Assembly (NCBI GenBank): GCA_964388595.1
Contig: CAYMAX010000002.1
Location: forward strand, 13,345 to 77,344
Direction: 5' to 3'
DNA length: 64,000 nt
Source: an uncultured Muribaculaceae bacterium
GTDB lineage: Bacteria > Bacteroidota > Bacteroidia > Bacteroidales > UBA932
Translations under genes and position numbers: made by a program
Shown here: positions 58,416 through 64,000 of the stretch, one piece after another
How positions within the stretch are numbered: the first letter of the stretch is position 1
Layout of the letters: each line of letters begins with the position of its first letter
The notes under the pieces: generated by a model
Databases searched by the model: none
What the model was told of the DNA's origin: nothing
Seen by the model: only the letters and a program-made list of their open reading frames with translations

Positions 58416-59753
58416 ATGAAACAGAAAACCATCTTATTACTATCAGTTTTTATTTGCATTTTATCACAAAGCTTCACTGCCCTTGCTCAGCCAGGTAAAT
58501 ACGGCCATGGAGAGGACAGCATAAATTGTGTCAAATATCTCTCCTTCTACAAGGGATATATGGACCAAAAGAATATTACAGAAGCAGCCCCCCTGTGGAG
58601 AAAAGCAATAGCAGTGTGCCCCCCTACCGCCAACCAGAATATGTTGCTGGATGGTATGAAAATTCTCAGAAGGGACATTGGCAAATATAGAAACAACCCT
58701 ATCAGAAGGAAATCTCTTGTAGACTCATTGATGTGGCTTCATGCAGTCAGAATTGAGAATTATCCCAAATATCTTGCTCAGGCCAAGATTAATCAGTCTA
58801 TGGATAAGTTGACCTATATGGAAAAAGGGGAAGAAAAAGAGACTTTCAATCTATTGGGAGAGACAATGGATATCGTCAAAGAAAAGACCCCAATAGTAAT
58901 TGCTGTCAGATATATGGACCTTGCAAAAGTCATGTTTACAGATGGTACCATGTCTGCTGAAGAGGTAATGAATGCTTTTCAAAAATCAAGCGCACTACTT
59001 GAAGCTGAAGACAAAGCGAAACCTTCTCCCGATGCTAAAGGTGCACTTAAGGATGTGGAAAATATATTTATGACAAGTGGTGTAGCCACCTGCGAAAATC
59101 TCGTTGCTCTTTTCAAACCCCGTTACGAAGCCAACCCGGTAGATAAGGAACTACTCGGAAATATGGTCTCCATCTTTTCTGCCTCCAACTGCATGGAAGA
59201 AGATCTTTTCCGCCTTGCAGTCGAGTCTCTTCACAAAGTGGAGCCATCATACAAATCTGCATATCTTCTATATAAACTTTATGCAGGTATAAACGATGTG
59301 GACAAAGCTCAGGCATATATCAATGAAGCTATTGCTTACCCCGAGTCTGACAACGAAGTAGATGCGGAATACTATTTCGAAGTTGCCACGTATTTCTTCA
59401 AAAAAGCCGGAAGACCCGACGAAGCAGTCAAAGCTGCCAAAGAAAGTGCTGCACTTTCTCAGAATTTTGCAGGGAAGGCATATTTTCTCATCGGCACTGC
59501 CTGGGGAATGCTCAAATGTCAGGGCAACGAAGTGGATACACGTGCACAATATTGGGTAGCAGTTGATTATCTTATTAAGGCCAAAAATGCCGATTCTTCT
59601 CTGACAGAAGAGGCTAATAATATGATAAACCAATACACTCAATATTTCCCGAAACAGTCAGTAGCATTTATGTATGATGTTTTGGATGGCAGCACTTATA
59701 CAGTTTCATGCGGTGGAATGAGGGAAAACACCAAAGTTAGAACACAGAAATAA
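58416..59753 (+). CDS. Secreted TPR-like repeat protein
   Basis: I prefer the internal Met at 58416, which gives the signal peptide MKQKTILLLSVFICILSQSFTALAQ. The rest is helical-repeat-like and rich in A/Y/K/E. The track ORF starts at 58338, inside the upstream gene. Confidence 0.5.
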   Translation: MKQKTILLLSVFICILSQSFTALAQPGKYGHGEDSINCVKYLSFYKGYMDQKNITEAAPLWRKAIAVCPPTANQNMLLDGMKILRRDIGKYRNNPIRRKSLVDSLMWLHAVRIENYPKYLAQAKINQSMDKLTYMEKGEEKETFNLLGETMDIVKEKTPIVIAVRYMDLAKVMFTDGTMSAEEVMNAFQKSSALLEAEDKAKPSPDAKGALKDVENIFMTSGVATCENLVALFKPRYEANPVDKELLGNMVSIFSASNCMEEDLFRLAVESLHKVEPSYKSAYLLYKLYAGINDVDKAQAYINEAIAYPESDNEVDAEYYFEVATYFFKKAGRPDEAVKAAKESAALSQNFAGKAYFLIGTAWGMLKCQGNEVDTRAQYWVAVDYLIKAKNADSSLTEEANNMINQYTQYFPKQSVAFMYDVLDGSTYTVSCGGMRENTKVRTQK

Positions 59754-60392
59754 ATGATCGGTCATCGCCGGTATTATGATTGGATGGTAGTAATTATCAC
59801 AGTAATTACTGCCATCTTTGTTGTATCTTGCAGCAACAAACTCAAGAAGACAGGTTCCATAGATATATCTTCTGCGCCGGTGCAGGTAGTGGATAGTATG
59901 GTGGCAGTCCAAAGTGAAAATGGTCGACTCAAAATGAGGATGGAAGCCCCCGTAATGGAGAGATATTCTCGGAACGATGAGAATCTATCCTATGAAGATT
60001 TTCCTCGGGGGATGAATGTCTTTGGATACAATGAAGAAGGACTTTTAGAGACTGAAATCTCTTCAGACGGAGCACGTCACACCACTAAGCAGAATGATGA
60101 GAAATGGGATGCCTACGGCAATGTAGTGGTGATGAATTATATAAAAGGAGAGAAAATCGAGACCGATACTCTTCATTGGGACAGGGAGAGAAAAATCATC
60201 TACACAGATTGTTATGTGAAACTCTCTTCTCCTCAAGGTTTTATGCAGGGATATGGACTTCGTTCAGATGAGATGGCCCGCAACGCAGAACTGTTGAGGC
60301 CGTTTGACAGTTATGGCATTATCAATCGAGACAGCACCGCTGTGGAATACTTGGACTCAGCCAATTTTATTGGGCCTTTATACAAGAGATAA
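59754..60392 (+). CDS. lptC: Probable LPS export system periplasmic protein LptC
   Basis: The 212-aa protein has an N-terminal membrane anchor and lies just upstream of the ppiD-like gene. The call rests on size, topology and synteny, not on a motif. Confidence 0.55.
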   Translation: MIGHRRYYDWMVVIITVITAIFVVSCSNKLKKTGSIDISSAPVQVVDSMVAVQSENGRLKMRMEAPVMERYSRNDENLSYEDFPRGMNVFGYNEEGLLETEISSDGARHTTKQNDEKWDAYGNVVVMNYIKGEKIETDTLHWDRERKIIYTDCYVKLSSPQGFMQGYGLRSDEMARNAELLRPFDSYGIINRDSTAVEYLDSANFIGPLYKR

Positions 60393-60454
60393 AAATAAAA
60401 TTACTAACTTCGCAACCTATTTTTTAGAAATAAATAACCTATAAATAATTCACA

Positions 60455-62542
60455 ATGGCAGTTTTAGAGAAAATACGTGTCAAATTAGGAATTCTAATCA
60501 CCGTTCTTATTGCAGTAGCCTTGTTGGCATTTATTATCGACCCGTCCACATTGGAGACCACATTAAGGTCTCTTTCATCCAAATATGATGTAGGAGAAAT
60601 CGACGGTAAAGATATCACTTACGAAGAGTTCCAAAAGAAAATCGAGTATTATACCTCCATCTATACTCTCACATCAGGCAATCAGTCCCCCACAGAACAA
60701 GTACAGGAATCCATCAACGAGACCGCATGGCAGGAGATGATTAATGAGATGTATATACTTCCCACTATTGCCAAAGCAGGTATCAATGTAGGTCAGGAAG
60801 AGCTTTTCGACCTGAGTCAGGGTAAGGAACTTTCTCCGATTATTTCTCAGGAACCCACTTTCAGAGATGCTTCAGGACAGTTTAGCAGAGAGCAACTCCA
60901 GCAGTTCATACAGTCTATTCCCAATGACCAGTCAGGCAATCTGTCCACATATTGGAAATTTCTTGAAAAGAACATGCTTCAGCAGCAATATTTCAATAAA
61001 TATACTTCACTGATATCTCAAAGCAACATCCTCTCCCCCGTGGAGATAAGAAGAGAGGTGGAGGAAAACAATATTACCTCCAATGTCGATTTTGTATATG
61101 TACCACTCGGCTTTTCACAGGACACTACTCTTAAAGTGACCAATCAGGAGATTCAGGCATATTATAAAAAGCACAAAGAAGACTATCGTCAGAATGCTTC
61201 ACGCGATGTCGAATTCGTAGTATATGAAGTAGTGCCATCAGAAGAAGATATCGCTCTTGCCAAAGAGAGCATAGAGAAGGTCTATTCAGAATTTTCCAAG
61301 AGTGACAATCTGAAAGCATTTCTTCTCAGAAATTCAGATACCCCTCTTTCCAATTATTATTACAAGAAAGGGGAATTATTATCTGAATATCCCGAAATTG
61401 AAAACTTTGCTTTTTCTAATCATCCCACTGTCCTTCCCGTCTTCCGTAAAGGAGATAAATTTATTGCTGCGAGAGTCAACAGTACCAAAATGATGTCGGA
61501 TTCAGTGTTTGTACAGCATATTCTTCTCGCTCCCAATTCAGAAAAAAGAGCAGACAGTCTTGTCAATGTCATCAGAAGAGGAGGCAATTTCTCACAACTC
61601 GCTTATCAATATTCCCTGGATACCAATCCCAACATCGAAAATCATGGTGATATAGGCTGGATGACTCAAACTTTGATGATTCCCGGTATGGAGAGTGTTC
61701 TTACTATGAATCTCAAGACCCCTGCAGTGATTAATACCAACTATGGTACACACGTAGTATGGGTGACCAAGAGAACAGCTCCTGTCAAGAGAGTTCAGAT
61801 AGCCATGCTTACCAAAGAGGCCAATTCAAGCAAACAGACTTTCCAGAATTATTATTCTCAAGCCAATACTTTAGTCTCCCGCTGTGAGGGTAAAATGGAC
61901 ATTTTCGACAAGATAGCTCAGGAAGAAAATCTTCCGGTGGTACCCGCCAACAATATTCTCGAAGGAGCCAAAAAGATTTCCAGATATGAACACGCCATCG
62001 AAGTGACTCGTTGGATATATGAAGCCAAAGAGGGTCAGGTATCTCCTATCATCACAGTCGAAAACAAATACTTTTTCGTCGTAGCCCTGAAGAAAGTCAA
62101 GGAAGAAGGATACGCCAACATCAATGATGTGTCCCTCTCTATCAGATATGCTCTTCTTTCAGAGAAGAAATCAGATAAAATCAAAGGTGAAGTAGAGGCT
62201 AAAGTAGCAGGTCTTACCTCTATGAGAGAGATAGCAGATGCTCTCAACACCACCATCAGCACGAAAGATGGCATATCATTCGGCTCTATTACCAATCAGT
62301 CATTTGACCCGTCACTCATCGGTTACATAGCAGGAGCTCCCGAACAGAAAATCATAGGACCTGTCGCAGGTAATGTAGGTATCTATGTATTGCAGGTAAA
62401 AGGAAGAGAGACCGGTTCTTTCTATACGGAAGACGATGCCAAGATGAAGTCTGCACAGCTCCAAAGCTATCAGCTCAATTCTCTCCCTTCTGTATTCTCA
62501 AAAATGGCCGATGTCAAGGACCACAGAACCAGATTCTTTTAA
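60455..62542 (+). CDS. Periplasmic chaperone / peptidyl-prolyl isomerase, PpiD/SurA-like
   Basis: It begins with the N-terminal anchor MAVLEKIRVKLGILITVLIAVALLAFII. It has a SurA_N-like region and a parvulin-like segment (...VQHILL...GGNFSQLAYQYS...GDIGWMT...). Confidence 0.8.
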   Translation: MAVLEKIRVKLGILITVLIAVALLAFIIDPSTLETTLRSLSSKYDVGEIDGKDITYEEFQKKIEYYTSIYTLTSGNQSPTEQVQESINETAWQEMINEMYILPTIAKAGINVGQEELFDLSQGKELSPIISQEPTFRDASGQFSREQLQQFIQSIPNDQSGNLSTYWKFLEKNMLQQQYFNKYTSLISQSNILSPVEIRREVEENNITSNVDFVYVPLGFSQDTTLKVTNQEIQAYYKKHKEDYRQNASRDVEFVVYEVVPSEEDIALAKESIEKVYSEFSKSDNLKAFLLRNSDTPLSNYYYKKGELLSEYPEIENFAFSNHPTVLPVFRKGDKFIAARVNSTKMMSDSVFVQHILLAPNSEKRADSLVNVIRRGGNFSQLAYQYSLDTNPNIENHGDIGWMTQTLMIPGMESVLTMNLKTPAVINTNYGTHVVWVTKRTAPVKRVQIAMLTKEANSSKQTFQNYYSQANTLVSRCEGKMDIFDKIAQEENLPVVPANNILEGAKKISRYEHAIEVTRWIYEAKEGQVSPIITVENKYFFVVALKKVKEEGYANINDVSLSIRYALLSEKKSDKIKGEVEAKVAGLTSMREIADALNTTISTKDGISFGSITNQSFDPSLIGYIAGAPEQKIIGPVAGNVGIYVLQVKGRETGSFYTEDDAKMKSAQLQSYQLNSLPSVFSKMADVKDHRTRFF

Positions 62543-62557
62543 TAGGTAAATTCTGAT

Positions 62558-63661
62558 TTAGACATTGAAAAGGAAATGCATTACGTCTCCATCTTGGACG
62601 ACGTAATCTTTTCCTTCTATTCCCAGTTTGCCTGCAGCACGGCATGCTGCTTCGGAGCCATAATTGATATAGTCTTCGTATTTGATAACCTCTGCACGAA
62701 TAAATCCCTTTTCAAAATCGGTGTGAATTACCCCTGCGGCGCGTGGAGCTTTATCTCCTACATTGATGGTCCAGGCGCGCACTTCAGGTTCTCCTGCAGT
62801 GAAGTAGGTTCTCAAGTTGAGTAGTGAATATGCTTTTTGAATAACTCTTTCGACACCGGATTGTTCCAGTCCCATCTCGTTGAGGAACATCATTCTCTCT
62901 TCAAAACTTTCCAATTCTGCTATTTCAGATTCTATTTTGGCAGCAATGATGAGGACTTCGGTATTTTCATCTTTGACTGCAGTTTTCAACTGATCTACAT
63001 AAGCATTGCCTTTGGCGGCTGATGATTCATCGACATTGCAGACATACATAATAGGCTTATTGGTGAGCAAAAAGAACTCTTTGGCAATATGTTCTTCTTC
63101 GGGATTTTCCAATTTGACAGTCCTGGCAGACTTGCCTGCCATAAGGGCTTCTCTGTATCTGACAAGCAAATCACAAGCTTTTTTGGCATCTTTATCGCCT
63201 CCGGTCTTAGCTTGCTTTTCTACTTTTTTCAAACGATTTTCCACTGTCTCGAGGTCTTTGATCTGGAGTTCCATATCGATAATCTCCTTGTCCCTGACAG
63301 GATTGATACTTCCATCCACGTGCACTACATTCGGATCATCGAAACATCTTATCACATGGAGTATGGCATCAGTTTCACGGATATTTGCAAGGAACTGATT
63401 GCCAAGACCTTCTCCTTTGCTTGCCCCCTTTACCAATCCGGCAATATCTACGATTTCCACTGTGGCAGGAATGACTCTTTTGGGATGCACCAATTCTTCC
63501 AAAACAGTAAGCCTCCGATCAGGTACCGAAGTAGAGCCGAGATTTGGTTCTATGGTGCAGAAAGGAAAATTAGCTGCCTGAGCCTTGCCTGAACTTATAC
63601 AATTGAAAAGAGTTGATTTGCCAACATTAGGCAACCCTACAATACCACAACGAAGTGCCAT
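62558..63661 (-). CDS. ychF: Redox-regulated/ribosome-binding ATPase YchF
   Basis: It reads MALRCGIVGLPNVGKSTLFN...PFCTIEPN...IVDIAGLVKGAS...GEGLGNQFL and has a C-terminal TGS-like domain. The track ORF begins 17 codons upstream at 63712. Confidence 0.95.
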   Translation of the reverse strand: MALRCGIVGLPNVGKSTLFNCISSGKAQAANFPFCTIEPNLGSTSVPDRRLTVLEELVHPKRVIPATVEIVDIAGLVKGASKGEGLGNQFLANIRETDAILHVIRCFDDPNVVHVDGSINPVRDKEIIDMELQIKDLETVENRLKKVEKQAKTGGDKDAKKACDLLVRYREALMAGKSARTVKLENPEEEHIAKEFFLLTNKPIMYVCNVDESSAAKGNAYVDQLKTAVKDENTEVLIIAAKIESEIAELESFEERMMFLNEMGLEQSGVERVIQKAYSLLNLRTYFTAGEPEVRAWTINVGDKAPRAAGVIHTDFEKGFIRAEVIKYEDYINYGSEAACRAAGKLGIEGKDYVVQDGDVMHFLFNV

Positions 63662-63813
63662 ACCTTGAAAATTATTTGCCGCAAAAGTACGAAAATCGCT
63701 TCTATTGGTCAAAAACAGTTTGAAATGTCATGTACTCATATTGATTATGAATACGTTATGGCATTATTTTTGATTTTCTCATAGATGTACTACAATCAAA
63801 ACAACATAAAAAA

Positions 63814-64000
63814 ATGAAAAAAATCTTTTTCGTTTTACTCGCAGTATCATTATGCTGGGGTTGTTCCAAGACCACTCCAGATGATTCTGACGATGACAAC
63901 ACAGATGCTACGACCTTGACGGTAGATCTCTCTGTTGTCGATGAATCTTCCCTGGGTTTGACCACCGATCCTTCTTTCACCGATCCTTCTGAGACAGAAG
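63814..64000 (+). CDS. Lipoprotein, N-terminal fragment (runs off the window end)
   Basis: It is absent from the ORF track because it is open-ended. My translation is MKKIFFVLLAVSLCWGCSKTTPDDSDDDNTDATTLTVDLSVVDESSLGLTTDPSFTDPSETE, giving a signal peptide with lipobox Cys followed by an acidic low-complexity linker. Confidence 0.5.
   Translation, partial: MKKIFFVLLAVSLCWGCSKTTPDDSDDDNTDATTLTVDLSVVDESSLGLTTDPSFTDPSETE

Noticed and set aside
63756-63980. 74-aa minus-strand ORF at the window end
   Set aside because: The opposite strand encodes a convincing lipoprotein N-terminus (MKKIFFVLLAVSLCWGCSK...) starting at 63814. The minus-strand ORF is its antisense shadow.
1-64000. CRISPR arrays, tandem repeats, IS elements, integrases, phage genes, reverse transcriptases, toxin-antitoxin or restriction-modification genes
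   Set aside because: Reading the ORF translations and the intergenic regions turned up none. All spacers over 60 nt were inspected and contain only promoter-like boxes, two tRNAs, hairpins and the AT-rich ruvB-mfd spacer. A computational repeat search would be needed to exclude short dispersed repeats.

Overview
This is a gene-dense chromosomal segment of about 57 protein-coding genes and 2 tRNAs. It reads like a low-GC Bacteroidales (Bacteroidota) genome. The supporting signs are a fused SecDF, a BACON-domain lipoprotein, the SUI1-DUF4271-hemD-lipoprotein-rnpA-yidD string, a coaX...lptC-ppiD string, and Bacteroides-type TAnnTTTG -7 boxes in front of many genes and both tRNAs. Most of the content is housekeeping: uvrC, secDF, glyQS, sufS/sufE, ruvA, ruvB, mfd, mnmG, ybeY, hflX, ychF, gcvH, folK, coaX, tonB and a dsbD-like gene. 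I found no transposase, integrase, phage gene, reverse transcriptase, CRISPR array, toxin-antitoxin pair or recognisable defence system, so I cannot point to a clear novel system. The observations worth a second look are listed below.
1. frdA-frdB lack the upstream cytochrome-b anchor gene and abut a divergent xanthine dehydrogenase operon.
2. xdhA-xdhB are tightly coupled to an uncharacterised 543-aa outer-membrane-type protein and a GT2 glycosyltransferase.
3. A 4-kb segment bounded by tRNA-Ser and tRNA-Pro holds a 5'-truncated flavodoxin, a somewhat GC-richer WG-repeat gene and a frameshifted sensor kinase.
4. ltaE, an acyl-CoA ligase and a GNAT gene form a tightly coupled string.
5. tnaA is translationally coupled to a LuxE-like adenylating enzyme.
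6. An OlsF-like fused aminolipid synthase is present.
7. An M64-like lipoprotein carries HExxxH in place of HExxH.
All functional calls come from reading motifs in the supplied translations. No database search was run.
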